Source: an uncultured Erysipelotrichaceae bacterium
GTDB taxonomy: Bacteria > Bacillota_I > Bacilli_A > Erysipelotrichales > Erysipelotrichaceae
DNA: 64,000 nt
Direction: 5' to 3'
NCBI GenBank assembly: GCA_944326825.1
Contig: CALVFL010000019.1
Span: 32,562-96,561 of the forward strand
Below, piece after piece: positions 45,605-56,159 of the stretch. The notes beneath the pieces are model-generated. The model searched no databases. It was not told the origin of the DNA and saw only the letters and a program-made list of their open reading frames with translations. Each line of letters opens with the position of its first letter. Position 1 is the first letter of the stretch. The translations under genes were made by a program, and so were the position numbers.

Positions 45605-47761
45605 CTACTCCAAATATAAAGGGTCAATATCTACTTTAAGACTTGTTGCAAGATTATAAGTCAGATATTTACTGACAACGCCATTGACCACATTGATGGC
45701 TTTGACAAGATCGTCTTCTTTGATCAGGATGCGAAGACGATGACGGCGGTTAAGTCTTTTTAAAGTGTATGGTTCATAACATTTAAGTCCGGTCTTTAAA
45801 ATAAGATTATAAAGGATAAAAGAAGCTTTGTTTAATCTTTTTTCATTTTCATCGCTCAAATAAAGAGCGATAAGATGACTGAAAGGCGGATACTTCGCCT
45901 TTTTGCGATATGCGATCTCCGTCTTATAAAAGCTTTCATAGCTGCTTTCACTGACTGCTTTTAAGACGTAGTGATCGGGATTGAAAGCCTGAATAATCAC
46001 TTCCCCTTCGCAGTTGGAACGGCCGCTGCGGCCAGAAGCCTGCTCTAAAAGATCGAAAGTGACTTCGCTGGAATTAAAATCTTCATGCATCAGTCCGGCA
46101 TCGGCATTTAATATGCCCACCAAGATGACATCTTCAAAGTCAAGCCCTTTGGCAAGCATCTGCGTGCCGACTAAAATATCATATTCATGTCTGGCAAACT
46201 TCTCTAAGATCATCTCATGAGCATCTTTCTTAGAGGTATTATCGGCATCAAGACGGCCGATCTTAGCCTCTTTAAACAGTTCGCTCAAAACTTCAACGAC
46301 CTTTTTTGTGCCAAAGCCGTATTTAACCAAAGAATGTTCATGACATTTCGGACATTCATAAGGCATCGGATAAACCCGGCCGCAGACATTGCACTTTAAA
46401 GTATTCGTATCATTGTGATAACTTAAAGAAACATCACAATCCCTGCAAGTCAAGACTTCATTGCATTCACTGCAGCGAACGATCGGAGCATAGCCTTTGC
46501 GGTTGATGAGGATGATCGCCTGTTTTCCTTTAGCCAAGACATCTGAAAGTGCTTCTTTTAAAGGTTCAGAAATAATAGCACTATGTCCTTTTTTGACTTC
46601 TTTATTCAGATCGACGATCTTGATCTTTGGCATTTTTTCATTGATCCTTTTGGAGAGCTTAAACAGACCATAATCACCCTTTAAAGCATGATTATAAACT
46701 TCAAGCGAAGGTGTAGCACTCGCTAACAAAACCTTGGCCTTAAAGTCTTTGGCTCTTTTAAAGGCGACCATCTTGGCACTGTAACAGGGCACATTATCCT
46801 GTTTATAGGAATGATCGTGTTCTTCATCGACGATGATAAGTCCTAAATCATTAAACGGCAAGAAGATGCTTGATCTTGTGCCGACAACGATCTTGACTTC
46901 ACCATGAAGGACTTTAAAATACTCTTCATGTCTTTTTTTATCGCTCAGATAAGAATGATAGATGGCTACATTATCAAAGCGTTCTTTGACTCTTTTGATC
47001 ATCTGAGGGGTAAGAGCGATCTCAGGAACTAAGATCAAAACCTGTTTGCCAAGGTTCAAGTAATGGCGGGCCAGATGCAGATATACCTCCGTCTTGCCGC
47101 TGCCGGTCACCCCAAAGAGTAAATTGACGATCTTTTCTGAAGCCAAGATCGCTTGATAGACTTTGTTTTGATCTTCGGTCAGTTCTTTAAAGCCGGCTTT
47201 ATAATAAACTTTATCTTCTGAGCGATATTCTTCTTCATAGATCTCTAAATAGCCTTTATTCAGCAAAGTCTTATGGATCGTCGTACGTTTGTTCAGCTCG
47301 CTTAAAAGTTCGCCATCCTGAATACTATCAAAGAGAAGTTTTTGTTTAGAAGTGAGAAGAGCAGTATCTTTTGAAACTTTTTTTACTTTCTTGATCTTTT
47401 TGGGCTGATATAATGTCGAAGCGGTCTTTAAGGATTTAGGAAGCATGACATTCAAAGCAGCTATGAGCGGCGATACTGTGACCTTAGATAACCATTTGGC
47501 CAAAGAAAAGAGTTCCATTGACATGATCGGTTCTTGATCGATGATCTCTTTGATCTTTAGCACTTTAAAACCCAAGTCCTTTTCCAGCTCTTTTAAAGAC
47601 TTTTGAGTCTTTGTCACCCGATAGATAAAGCCGGAAGTCAAACGATGATTAAAACTGATCTTGACACGGCAAAAAGGTTTTACTTCTTCATCGCTGTAAT
47701 AAGTAAAGGGATGATTTATATTGAGTGATGCACTGGTAACATATAATTCAAGAAGATACAT
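45605..47761 (-). CDS. priA: Primosomal protein N' (replication restart helicase PriA)
   Basis: GVTGSGKTEVY, DEEH and the Cys-rich insert CSECN..CRDCD..CNVCG..CPKC. Confidence 0.92.
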   Translation of the reverse strand: MYLLELYVTSASLNINHPFTYYSDEEVKPFCRVKISFNHRLTSGFIYRVTKTQKSLKELEKDLGFKVLKIKEIIDQEPIMSMELFSLAKWLSKVTVSPLIAALNVMLPKSLKTASTLYQPKKIKKVKKVSKDTALLTSKQKLLFDSIQDGELLSELNKRTTIHKTLLNKGYLEIYEEEYRSEDKVYYKAGFKELTEDQNKVYQAILASEKIVNLLFGVTGSGKTEVYLHLARHYLNLGKQVLILVPEIALTPQMIKRVKERFDNVAIYHSYLSDKKRHEEYFKVLHGEVKIVVGTRSSIFLPFNDLGLIIVDEEHDHSYKQDNVPCYSAKMVAFKRAKDFKAKVLLASATPSLEVYNHALKGDYGLFKLSKRINEKMPKIKIVDLNKEVKKGHSAIISEPLKEALSDVLAKGKQAIILINRKGYAPIVRCSECNEVLTCRDCDVSLSYHNDTNTLKCNVCGRVYPMPYECPKCHEHSLVKYGFGTKKVVEVLSELFKEAKIGRLDADNTSKKDAHEMILEKFARHEYDILVGTQMLAKGLDFEDVILVGILNADAGLMHEDFNSSEVTFDLLEQASGRSGRSNCEGEVIIQAFNPDHYVLKAVSESSYESFYKTEIAYRKKAKYPPFSHLIALYLSDENEKRLNKASFILYNLILKTGLKCYEPYTLKRLNRRHRLRILIKEDDLVKAINVVNGVVSKYLTYNLATSLKVDIDPLYLE

Positions 47762-47762
47762 A

Positions 47763-48929
47763 TTATAGACACATCTTATAGATCTCGATCACATCATCGA
47801 TATTAAGCGTAATAAAACCGTTGATCTTATCGCCTTTGCAGGCCCGATAAGCCATATCCACAAAGTAAGTATCATCGATATCACATTCTTTTAAACTTGC
47901 TGGAAGTTTAAGATCGACATATAAGAATTCTTCCAGACACTCGATAGCTTTTAAAGCGATCATCTTTTTATCAAGTGCAGGATCAATATTAAAGACATTC
48001 ACGCCAAACTTGACATAGCGATCAATGTTATCGTCATTTAAAGCATAGCGCAGCCACTTAGGAACGATGATCGCTAAACCCAGACCATGGGCTATATCGT
48101 AATAGGCTGATAGAGGATGTTCCATGGAATGAGCTGACCATTTATGGGTCTGATATTCTTTGATAAGACCATTGATGGCCCAGCTTGAAGCCCACATCAA
48201 GTTAGCTCTGGCTTCATAGTCATCGCCTTTATTAAAAGCGATCTTGGCATATTTAAGGACTGTCTTCATGATCCCTTCCATAAAGCTATCTAAAAGAAAC
48301 ATGCTTTCTGAAGGATTGAAATAGACCTCTAAGACATGAAAGAAAATATCAGCACTGCCGCAAGCGGTTTGAAAAGGACTGACGCTGTAGGTAAGCGTCG
48401 GATCTAAAAATGATACCTTGGGATATAAGACTTCATAAGCGGCGCCCAGTTTTTCAAAAGTAGCCGGATTAGAGATGACACCAGTCGCATTCATCTCTGA
48501 ACCCGTTGCCGCTAAAGTCAAGATAGTAACGATAGGCAAGGCCTTTTCAACCTTTACTTTGCCAAGTGAAAGATCCCAGGCATCTCCTTCATAATAAGTG
48601 GCAGCTGCAACAAATTTAGCACAATCAATAACACTGCCGCCACCCACTGCTAAAACGACATCGGCTTTAAACTCTTCGGCGATCAAAGCCCCTTCCCTTA
48701 CCGAATCGACTTTGGGATTAGGATCGATATCGCTTAATTCCCGATATTCAAAACCGTTATTGGCTAAAAGCATAGTGATCCTTTCATAAAGACCATTTCG
48801 TTTGATTGATCCCTTGCCGTAACAAAGCAGGACTCTTTTGCCAAAGACAGCTAATTCTCTAGGCAAACCAGCCAGCTGATCTTTGCCGAAATAAACTTTG
48901 GTTGGTATATTATAGATAAATGATGGCAT
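47763..48929 (-). CDS. Iron-containing alcohol dehydrogenase (YqhD/BdhA-like), short form from the internal start
   Basis: MPSFIYNIPTKVYFGKDQL.., AVGGGSVIDCAKF and His-rich metal site motifs. A perfect GGAGGAG SD (48942..48936) lies 6 nt before ATG 48929. Confidence 0.85.
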   Translation of the reverse strand: MPSFIYNIPTKVYFGKDQLAGLPRELAVFGKRVLLCYGKGSIKRNGLYERITMLLANNGFEYRELSDIDPNPKVDSVREGALIAEEFKADVVLAVGGGSVIDCAKFVAAATYYEGDAWDLSLGKVKVEKALPIVTILTLAATGSEMNATGVISNPATFEKLGAAYEVLYPKVSFLDPTLTYSVSPFQTACGSADIFFHVLEVYFNPSESMFLLDSFMEGIMKTVLKYAKIAFNKGDDYEARANLMWASSWAINGLIKEYQTHKWSAHSMEHPLSAYYDIAHGLGLAIIVPKWLRYALNDDNIDRYVKFGVNVFNIDPALDKKMIALKAIECLEEFLYVDLKLPASLKECDIDDTYFVDMAYRACKGDKINGFITLNIDDVIEIYKMCL

Positions 48930-49298
48930 CTTATCTCCTCCTTGCGTGCAGTTAGTTTCAATGTCTTTATAGCGAAAACCGATGATCCCAAGATCATAAA
49001 AACTTCTATTAAAATAACGGTTCAATAAAAGATAGCCCCCTAAGGCAAATATGATACTGATACATAACCACAGATAAAAAGGCAATTCTAGAAACAGGCT
49101 GATAAAATATAAGCCAAAAAGAACTGCCAGGAGCAATACAGTATAATAGATGAAATAGGTAAAGCTATAATGACGATATAAACGGGCATGACATTTAGGA
49201 CAAGTATGTTTTGATCCGTCTATGTTCCAAAGGCCCCAGATATTCTCTTCTATATTTAACTCTTCATTACAGTAAGGACATTTGATTTTAAATCTCAT
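48930..49298 (-). CDS. In-frame upstream extension of the dehydrogenase ORF, encoding a Zn-ribbon plus two TM helices. Its translation is uncertain.
   Basis: MRFKIKCPYCNEE..HTCPKCHARL is followed by two hydrophobic helices, with no stop before the dehydrogenase start. The ATG at 49298 is 7 nt after the dxs stop and has no SD. Confidence 0.4.
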
Positions 49299-49305
49299 AG
49301 AAAGA

Positions 49306-51201
49306 TTATATCATGTCTTTAAAGAAAGTTTCTTTAATTTTAGCAGCGATCCCCTTAGGATCAAGCTGATATTTAGCTTCGATCTCATCGATCGTACCCT
49401 GTTTGATAAAATCATCCGGATAAGCCAGACCTAAGATCTGATAATCGTTTAAACCTTCATCATTGAGTCTGTCTAAAAGTTCGCTGTATAAGCCACCCTC
49501 GATCACACCGTCTTCGATCGTGATGAGCTTCTTGCTTAAAGAAGATTCTTTGATGATCGTGCTTAGATCCAAGGGTTTAAGAGCCATCACATTGATAAGA
49601 GTGCCATTCAAACCTTCTTTATTTAATAATCTGATCGCTTCTAAAGCATTATGAGCCATCTTGCCGATCGAAACAATGGTAAAATCAGTGCCTTTTTTTA
49701 TCGTTTCAGCTTTATTTTCTAAAAGTAATTTAAGATAGTACTCATGATCATCTTTGAAGTAATCTTTTGCTTCGCTGCCCCTTGGATAGCGGATAATGAT
49801 CGGGGCATCATAATAAGAAACAGCATATTCCAGCATGGCTTCCAGTTCCTTAAAATCTTTAGGAGCTAAGATCTTAAGATTGGGTACTGGTCTTAAAAAA
49901 GCCAGATCAAAAATACCCTGGTGGGTTTCTCCATCCGAGCCGACGATGCCCGAGCGGTCAAGGCACATCACGACATGCAGATTTTGCATACAGACATCAT
50001 GGATCAGTTGATCATAGGCTCTTTGAAAGAAGGATGAATAGATGGAAATGACCGGCACGATGCCGTTAGCGGCCATGCCGGCTGCCAAAGTCAAGGCGTG
50101 CTGTTCAGCGATCTCGACATCAAAGAAACGATCAGGGAATTCCTTCTTGAATTCCAAAAGACCGGTTCCCGAAGCCATTGCAGCTGTTATAGCGGCAATC
50201 TTAGGATTCTTATGGGCTAACTTTACCAAAGTCTGACCAAAGACTTCGGAGTAATCCTTAGCAGGTTCTTTTAAAGGCTTGCCGCTTTTGATATCAAACG
50301 GTCCAACACCATGAAAAAGATCAGGATTATTTTCAGCTGGTTTATAACCTTTGCCCTTGATCGTCTTGGCATGGACTAAGATCGGTCCTTTAAGATCTTT
50401 AGAGCGGTACAGCATCGCTTCGATCTTTTCATAATCGTTGGCATCAACGACACCCAGGTATTTAAAACCGATATCTTCAAAAAACATATTGGGAATGATG
50501 AGCTGTTTGATGCCATGTTTTAATCTTCTGATAGAAGAAACGATCTTTTTGCCGATAAAAGGTATTTTAAGCGTCAAGGAGCGGATATTCTTATTGGAAT
50601 TGCGATAAAAAGGTTTAGTACGCATTTTGGATAAGATCTGATTCAAGCCGCCGGTATTGGGATCGATGCTCATTTCATTGTCATTTAAAATAACGATGAG
50701 ATCAGTAGCCGAAGCGCCGGCATCGTTCAAAGCCTCTAGAGCCATACCGCTTGTCATAGCGCCATCCCCGATCACAGCGATCACCCGATAAGAGTCACCC
50801 TTAATATCTCTGGCTCTAGCCATGCCCAAAGCAGCCGATATAGAAGTGCCGCTATGACCGGTTTCAAAAGTATCATAGATCGACTCTGAGCGTTTCGGAA
50901 AACCTGACAAGCCATCCATTTTACGCAAAGTAGCCAGACGATCACGCCTGCCGGTCAGCATCTTATGAACATAAGTCTGATGGCCGACATCAAAGACGAC
51001 TTTATCTTCCGGCGTATTAAAGACACTGTGGATAGCCACCGTCAACTCTACGACTCCTAAATTAGATGCCAAATGACCACCGGTCTTGGAAACGGTGGTT
51101 ATCAGTTCTTCTCTTATTTCTTTACAAAGGGTTTTCTTATCATCTAAAGATAATGCACGAATATCTTTAGGATCATGGATCTTATCTAAAATTTTAGTCA
51201 T
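49306..51201 (-). CDS. dxs: 1-deoxy-D-xylulose-5-phosphate synthase (canonical)
   Basis: DVGHQTYVHKMLTGR, GHSGTSISAALGMA, GDGAMTSGMALEALN, NDNEMSI, EIAEQHA and DRSGIVGSDGETHQG. Confidence 0.95.
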   Translation of the reverse strand: MTKILDKIHDPKDIRALSLDDKKTLCKEIREELITTVSKTGGHLASNLGVVELTVAIHSVFNTPEDKVVFDVGHQTYVHKMLTGRRDRLATLRKMDGLSGFPKRSESIYDTFETGHSGTSISAALGMARARDIKGDSYRVIAVIGDGAMTSGMALEALNDAGASATDLIVILNDNEMSIDPNTGGLNQILSKMRTKPFYRNSNKNIRSLTLKIPFIGKKIVSSIRRLKHGIKQLIIPNMFFEDIGFKYLGVVDANDYEKIEAMLYRSKDLKGPILVHAKTIKGKGYKPAENNPDLFHGVGPFDIKSGKPLKEPAKDYSEVFGQTLVKLAHKNPKIAAITAAMASGTGLLEFKKEFPDRFFDVEIAEQHALTLAAGMAANGIVPVISIYSSFFQRAYDQLIHDVCMQNLHVVMCLDRSGIVGSDGETHQGIFDLAFLRPVPNLKILAPKDFKELEAMLEYAVSYYDAPIIIRYPRGSEAKDYFKDDHEYYLKLLLENKAETIKKGTDFTIVSIGKMAHNALEAIRLLNKEGLNGTLINVMALKPLDLSTIIKESSLSKKLITIEDGVIEGGLYSELLDRLNDEGLNDYQILGLAYPDDFIKQGTIDEIEAKYQLDPKGIAAKIKETFFKDMI

Positions 51202-51222
51202 AACATCGTTAAACTATTTAGA

Positions 51223-52368
51223 TTATAACGCATTAAAATAATTTTTTACATAGTTTTGCGCCCAGATATTGCTTGCGAAGATCTCATCAAGAGTCGGCTC
51301 TTTGATATATTTAGCCGCACTTAAAGCCTTGATGACGACTTTTTCAATATCTAAAAAATGAATTTTGTCTTTAAGAAACAAGGCAACCGCCGTATCATTG
51401 GCGCCATTTAAGACTGCCCCCATATTGCCGCCCATCTTCCCGGCCAAGATAGCTGCTTTGATGAGTTTATAGCGGTCATAGTTAACTTCTTTAAAACTCA
51501 GCTTTTGCAGCTTGGCAAGATCGAGATGAGAGTAGCTGTTCCTTTTTAAATGGCGGGGATAAAATAAAGCATACTCAATAGGCAAACGCATATCAGGATT
51601 GCTTAGTTGAGCGATGATCGAACCGTCGGCATATTCTACAGCCGAGTGGACGATACTTTCGTAGTGAATGATCACATCGATCTTCTCATAAGGCATATCA
51701 AAAAGATGATGGGCTTCAATGACCTCATAACCTTTATTCATCATTGTTGCCGAATCGATCGTTATCTTGGCCCCCATATCCCAGACCGGATGTTTTAAAG
51801 CATCTTTTTTGCTGACGTTTTTTAAAGCTTCTAAAGGCAGATCACGGAAAGCGCCGCCGGAACCCGTTACGATCAGACTTTTGACATCTTCCCTTTTTGA
51901 CCCTTGTAAAGCTTGAAAGATAGCGGAATGTTCGGAATCGATCGGAATGATCTTAACATCATTCTCTTTAGCTTTCTTCATCACGATATCGCCAGAGGCT
52001 ACCAGCGTTTCCTTATTGGCTAAAGCGACATCGACGCCATCTTCAATAGCTTTTAGCGTCGGTCTTAAACCGACAAAACCAACCAAAGCATTGATCAAAA
52101 GATCATACTTCAAACCTTCAAGCATCTCACATAGTCCATCTTCACCCGCAAAGAATTCTATATCTTTAAATTCAGCGGCAAGCTTTTCATCTTTAGTGAT
52201 CGAATAAGCTCTTTTGATGGGGTAAGTTTTTAAAAGCTCACTTAGATATTCGATATTGTTTCCAACGCTGACGGCTTCAATGACTATTTCATCCAAATGT
52301 TCATTTATGATCTCGATCGTTTGCTTGCCGATCGAACCGCTGGCTCCTAATAAAACGACTTTTCTCAT
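51223..52368 (-). CDS. dxr: 1-deoxy-D-xylulose-5-phosphate reductoisomerase
   Basis: LLGASGSIGKQT, LANKE, IDSEHSA and NKGYEVIEA. The ATG at 52368 forms an ATGA overlap with the cdsA stop. Confidence 0.93.
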   Translation of the reverse strand: MRKVVLLGASGSIGKQTIEIINEHLDEIVIEAVSVGNNIEYLSELLKTYPIKRAYSITKDEKLAAEFKDIEFFAGEDGLCEMLEGLKYDLLINALVGFVGLRPTLKAIEDGVDVALANKETLVASGDIVMKKAKENDVKIIPIDSEHSAIFQALQGSKREDVKSLIVTGSGGAFRDLPLEALKNVSKKDALKHPVWDMGAKITIDSATMMNKGYEVIEAHHLFDMPYEKIDVIIHYESIVHSAVEYADGSIIAQLSNPDMRLPIEYALFYPRHLKRNSYSHLDLAKLQKLSFKEVNYDRYKLIKAAILAGKMGGNMGAVLNGANDTAVALFLKDKIHFLDIEKVVIKALSAAKYIKEPTLDEIFASNIWAQNYVKNYFNAL

Positions 52369-53138
52369 ATCAGTACCACGACCATCGCTGCAAAGTAGAT
52401 AAGACAAAACAACAAGGAATCGACCCGATCTAAGACACCGCCGTGTCCGGGGATCAGAGAACCGAAATCTTTAGCACCGTAATTCCTTTTGATCAGACTG
52501 AAAGAAAGATCGCCGATCTGGGCAACGATCGGTAAAGTCAAAGAAGCAAAAACATAAAACAAAAGATGTTCGCTACCGTTTATCAAAAAGGCATAGGCAA
52601 AACCAAAAGAGAGAACACAACCGAAAAACCAGCCGCCGATAGCCCCTTCCCAGGTCTTTTTAGGCGATACTCTTTCATTAAGCTTGTGTTTGCCAAAGGC
52701 CATGCCGACAAATAATGCGGCAATATCACAACCGAAAGAAGCGATCAGAATATAAAGCATGATCATATAACCGTTGCCGATATGATAAATATCCAAAAGT
52801 GCATTTACTGCATAAGCAACGATAGTAGCCATCATGAATACCGAAGAAATATCATCAAGCGAGATCTCTTCAGAAATGATCGCCAGAAAGAAAAGACAGA
52901 TCAGATATAAGATCAAAAGTCCTACTTTGCGATGCGGCAAGGCATTGAACAATAAAACGAATACCAGCATCGAAATATACAAGACAGCATTAAAGCGTTT
53001 ATGTCTGATCTTAGAGAACTCATAACAGACGCTGGCTGCCACAAGTGCGCATAAGATCTTTAAAAGAAGACCGCCCATAAGTAATGGAGGAGCGCAGATA
53101 ACAAGCAAAACGACAGCACTAATAATTCTCTTTTTCAT
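52365..53138 (-). CDS. cdsA: Phosphatidate cytidylyltransferase
   Basis: Polytopic protein with the C-terminal signature SLIKRNYGAKDFGSLIPGHGGVLDRVDS. Confidence 0.92.
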   Translation of the reverse strand: MKKRIISAVVLLVICAPPLLMGGLLLKILCALVAASVCYEFSKIRHKRFNAVLYISMLVFVLLFNALPHRKVGLLILYLICLFFLAIISEEISLDDISSVFMMATIVAYAVNALLDIYHIGNGYMIMLYILIASFGCDIAALFVGMAFGKHKLNERVSPKKTWEGAIGGWFFGCVLSFGFAYAFLINGSEHLLFYVFASLTLPIVAQIGDLSFSLIKRNYGAKDFGSLIPGHGGVLDRVDSLLFCLIYFAAMVVVLI

Positions 53139-53835
53139 TCAAACCTCCAAAGCGCCGATCACGCTGATAATAGATCTTCAAACACTCATCAAAAGCCTCG
53201 TTATCAAAATCCGGCCACAATGTATCAATAAATACCAGTTCACTGTAAGCCAGTTGATATAGCAAGAAATTGGAAAGACGCACTTCCCCGCCTGTCCTGA
53301 TCAAAAGATCGATCACGGGCAGATCTTTTGTATATAGATACTGGCTGAAAGCATCTTCGTCAATATCTAAAACACTCTTATCATTCAAAACATCTAAAGC
53401 GAAATTTTTAGCCGCTCTTAGAATCTCCTGATGAGAACCGTAATTCAAAGCGAAGTTCAAGATCATGCCGGTATTATCCTTAGTCATATCGATGGCTCTT
53501 GCAAAGATGGCTTTCGCCTCTTTAGGAAGTGAATCCATCTCTCCGATCATCATTACTTTAATGTTTTTAGCCATGAGTTCCTTGATATATGAATCAAAGA
53601 AAAACTTCGGCAAAGCCATCAGATAGTTGACCTCTTCTAAAGGCCGTTTCCAGTTTTCCGTCGAAAACGCATAAAGAGTTAGGCATTTAACTCCTAACTC
53701 ATTGGCATATATGGCAATGTTTCTGACATTTTTAACACCCTGATAATGGCCCTGTGTTCTGATCTTGCCTAAGGCTTTGGCCCAGCGGCCATTACCATCC
53801 ATTATTATAGCTATATGCTCTGGAATCTTATTCAT
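53119..53835 (-). CDS. uppS: Undecaprenyl diphosphate synthase (cis-prenyltransferase)
   Basis: HIAIIMDGNGRWA, FSTENWKRP and RTGGEVRLSNFLLYQ. Confidence 0.93.
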   Translation of the reverse strand: MNKIPEHIAIIMDGNGRWAKALGKIRTQGHYQGVKNVRNIAIYANELGVKCLTLYAFSTENWKRPLEEVNYLMALPKFFFDSYIKELMAKNIKVMMIGEMDSLPKEAKAIFARAIDMTKDNTGMILNFALNYGSHQEILRAAKNFALDVLNDKSVLDIDEDAFSQYLYTKDLPVIDLLIRTGGEVRLSNFLLYQLAYSELVFIDTLWPDFDNEAFDECLKIYYQRDRRFGGLNEKENY

Positions 53836-53836
53836 A

Positions 53837-54382
53837 CTAAATGGTCATTATCTCTTTTTCTTTTTTATCGGCGATCTCATCGATCTTCTTATTATATTTT
53901 TCTGTCAATTTCTGAACTTCTTCAAGCAGATTCTTTTGAGTATCTTCCGGGATCGTCTTGTCTTTCTTTAAAGTGTCATTGTAATCACGACGGATATTGC
54001 GGATATTGACTTTAGCTTCTTCAGCGAACTTGGATACCTCCTTGCAATAACCTTTACGGGTTTCTTCAGTAAGCTGCGGTACACTGACTCTGATCAAAGA
54101 ACCGTCATTTTGCGGCGGCAAGCCCAGATCAGACTTGTTGATAGCTTTTTCGATATCTTTTAAAGAATTCATATCATAAGGCTTGATGACAAGCGTTCTG
54201 CCCTCAACAACTGAGATAGAAGCGATCTGATTGATAGGTGTCATCGCTCCGTAATAATCGACTTCCACACCATCCAAAAGCATCGGATTGGCTCTGCCGG
54301 TCCTGACTGTATTCAAATGTTTGGCAAACTGCTCGCAGGCTTTAGCCATCTTATCTTCACAATTAACTAATAATTCTTCCAT
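53837..54382 (-). CDS. frr: Ribosome recycling factor
   Basis: The ATG at 54382 follows AAGGAG. Motifs are RTGRANPMLLD, LGLPPQNDG and IRNIRRD. The ORF-track extension is hydrophobic junk. Confidence 0.92.
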   Translation of the reverse strand: MEELLVNCEDKMAKACEQFAKHLNTVRTGRANPMLLDGVEVDYYGAMTPINQIASISVVEGRTLVIKPYDMNSLKDIEKAINKSDLGLPPQNDGSLIRVSVPQLTEETRKGYCKEVSKFAEEAKVNIRNIRRDYNDTLKKDKTIPEDTQKNLLEEVQKLTEKYNKKIDEIADKKEKEIMTI

Positions 54383-54486
54383 AATAATCTCCTTTATATA
54401 GATAATTATATAACAGAAGACCATAAAACTGACTAGCAAATTTGAATAATAATTCAAACTTAAGTTTTATCAAATTACTTATCCCT

Positions 54487-54514
54487 TAAATAAAAAGGCA
54501 CCGTCTGATGCCTT
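54487..54514 (-). terminator. Hairpin/terminator after pyrH
   Basis: AAGGCA-ucagacgg-UGCCUU followed by UUUAUUU. Confidence 0.6.
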
Positions 54515-54524
54515 TAGTTTTTGA

Positions 54525-55226
54525 TTATATTTTAATGACCGTGCCGATGTTTTCTTTCAAGACGGCTTTTTTGATATTGCCCTCTTTTTTCATATCGAAG
54601 ACCAAAGATTCGATATGATTGTCTTTGCACATGCTGGCAGCCGTTGAATCGATGACTTTGAGGCCTTTTTCCAAGATCGTATCATAAGTCAGTTCATCAT
54701 AGCGTTTGGCAGCAGGATTTAATGATGGGTCATCATCATAAACGCCATCGACACCGTTTTTAGCTAACAGGATAACTTCCAGTTTATTTTCAGAAGCTCT
54801 TAAAGCCGCACAGGTATCAGTTGAAAAATAAGGACTGCCCACTCCGCCGGCAAAGATCACGACATAGCCTTCATCAAGATAATGACGGGATCTTTCAACT
54901 TCATATTTCTCGACGATTTCAAGATCTAAAGCACTTAAAGCTTTAGCTTTGATGCCATGATTATTAAGAGTGGTTTCTAAGGCTATGGCATTCATGATCG
55001 TACCCATCATGCCCATGTAATCAGCTTTGACTCTATCGAATCCGACATTCTGCAGGGTTCTGCCTCTAACGAAATTGCCCCCGCCGACAACGACACCCAA
55101 ACGGATCTTTAAAGAAACCAGTTCTTTGATAGTAGCGGCCAGACTGTTTAAGGTGTCGATATCGAATACTTCTTTCTCACTGCCTAAAGCTTCACCGCTC
55201 AGTTTCAATAATACGCTTTTATACAT
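54525..55226 (-). CDS. pyrH: UMP kinase
   Basis: VLLKLSGEAL, VVGGGN and FAGGVGSPYFSTD. Confidence 0.93.
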   Translation of the reverse strand: MYKSVLLKLSGEALGSEKEVFDIDTLNSLAATIKELVSLKIRLGVVVGGGNFVRGRTLQNVGFDRVKADYMGMMGTIMNAIALETTLNNHGIKAKALSALDLEIVEKYEVERSRHYLDEGYVVIFAGGVGSPYFSTDTCAALRASENKLEVILLAKNGVDGVYDDDPSLNPAAKRYDELTYDTILEKGLKVIDSTAASMCKDNHIESLVFDMKKEGNIKKAVLKENIGTVIKI

Positions 55227-55240
55227 CTCCGTTACTCCTT

Positions 55241-55267
55241 AATAAAAAAGGACAAAAATTGTCCTTT
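55241..55267 (-). terminator. Terminator after tsf
   Basis: AAAGGACAA-uuu-UUGUCCUUU followed by UUUAUU, starting 1 nt after the stop. Confidence 0.8.
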
Positions 55268-55268
55268 A

Positions 55269-56156
55269 TTAACCGATCTGTTTAGCAACTTCGTCAGCGA
55301 AGTTTTCTTCACGTTTTTCAAGACCTTCACCGACCAAGTAACGAACGAATTCAGAAACACTGGTATTGTTTTCTTTAAGATACTGACCGCACTTCTTAGA
55401 GCTGTCTAAGAAATAGACCTGATCATTTAAGCACATTTCCTGTAAAGTCTTGGAAACACGGCCTTCAATGATGCCGGCTAATACTTTTTCCGGTTTAGAA
55501 CTTAAAGACTCATCGTTTTTAACGATCTCAGTCTGAATGTTTCTTTCATGTTCAACGACTTCTTTAGGCATTTCATCTCTTGATACATAGCTTGGAGCCA
55601 TGGAAGCGACCTGCATAGCCATGTGTTTAGCCACTTCTTCATCTTTAGAATCTTTTAAGACTAAGACAGTAGAGATAGCGCCATGGTTGTGCATATAAAC
55701 ACCGAAAGTATCATTGTCTCCTTTAGTCAAAATATTGAAACGTCTTAAGGTGATCTTTTCACCGATCGTTGAGATAGCTTCGATAAAGAGATCATTTAAA
55801 GTCTTGCCGTCAACATTAAGATTTAAAGCTTCCGCAACATCCTTTGGTTCATTTTCTAAAATAACGTTAGCCGTTGTATCAAGAAGTTTTAAAAACTGTT
55901 CGTTTTTAGCTACGAAGTCTGTTTCGGTATTGATTTCGACTACACAAGCACGATTACCGTTTACGACAGCCTTAGAAAGACCTTCAGCAGCAATTCTTGA
56001 TTCCTTTTTAGCAGCCTTGGCAATACCTTTTTCACGAAGCCAGTCAACAGCCTTAGCCATATCGCCGTCACATTCAGTGAGGGCTTTCTTGCAATCCATC
56101 ATTCCGGCTCCGGTAGTTTCTCTTAATTCTTTTACTTGAGCAGCTGTAATTGCCAT
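55269..56156 (-). CDS. tsf: Elongation factor Ts
   Basis: MAITAAQVKELRETTGAGMMDCKKAL. Confidence 0.95.
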   Translation of the reverse strand: MAITAAQVKELRETTGAGMMDCKKALTECDGDMAKAVDWLREKGIAKAAKKESRIAAEGLSKAVVNGNRACVVEINTETDFVAKNEQFLKLLDTTANVILENEPKDVAEALNLNVDGKTLNDLFIEAISTIGEKITLRRFNILTKGDNDTFGVYMHNHGAISTVLVLKDSKDEEVAKHMAMQVASMAPSYVSRDEMPKEVVEHERNIQTEIVKNDESLSSKPEKVLAGIIEGRVSKTLQEMCLNDQVYFLDSSKKCGQYLKENNTSVSEFVRYLVGEGLEKREENFADEVAKQIG

Positions 56157-56159
56157 CTT

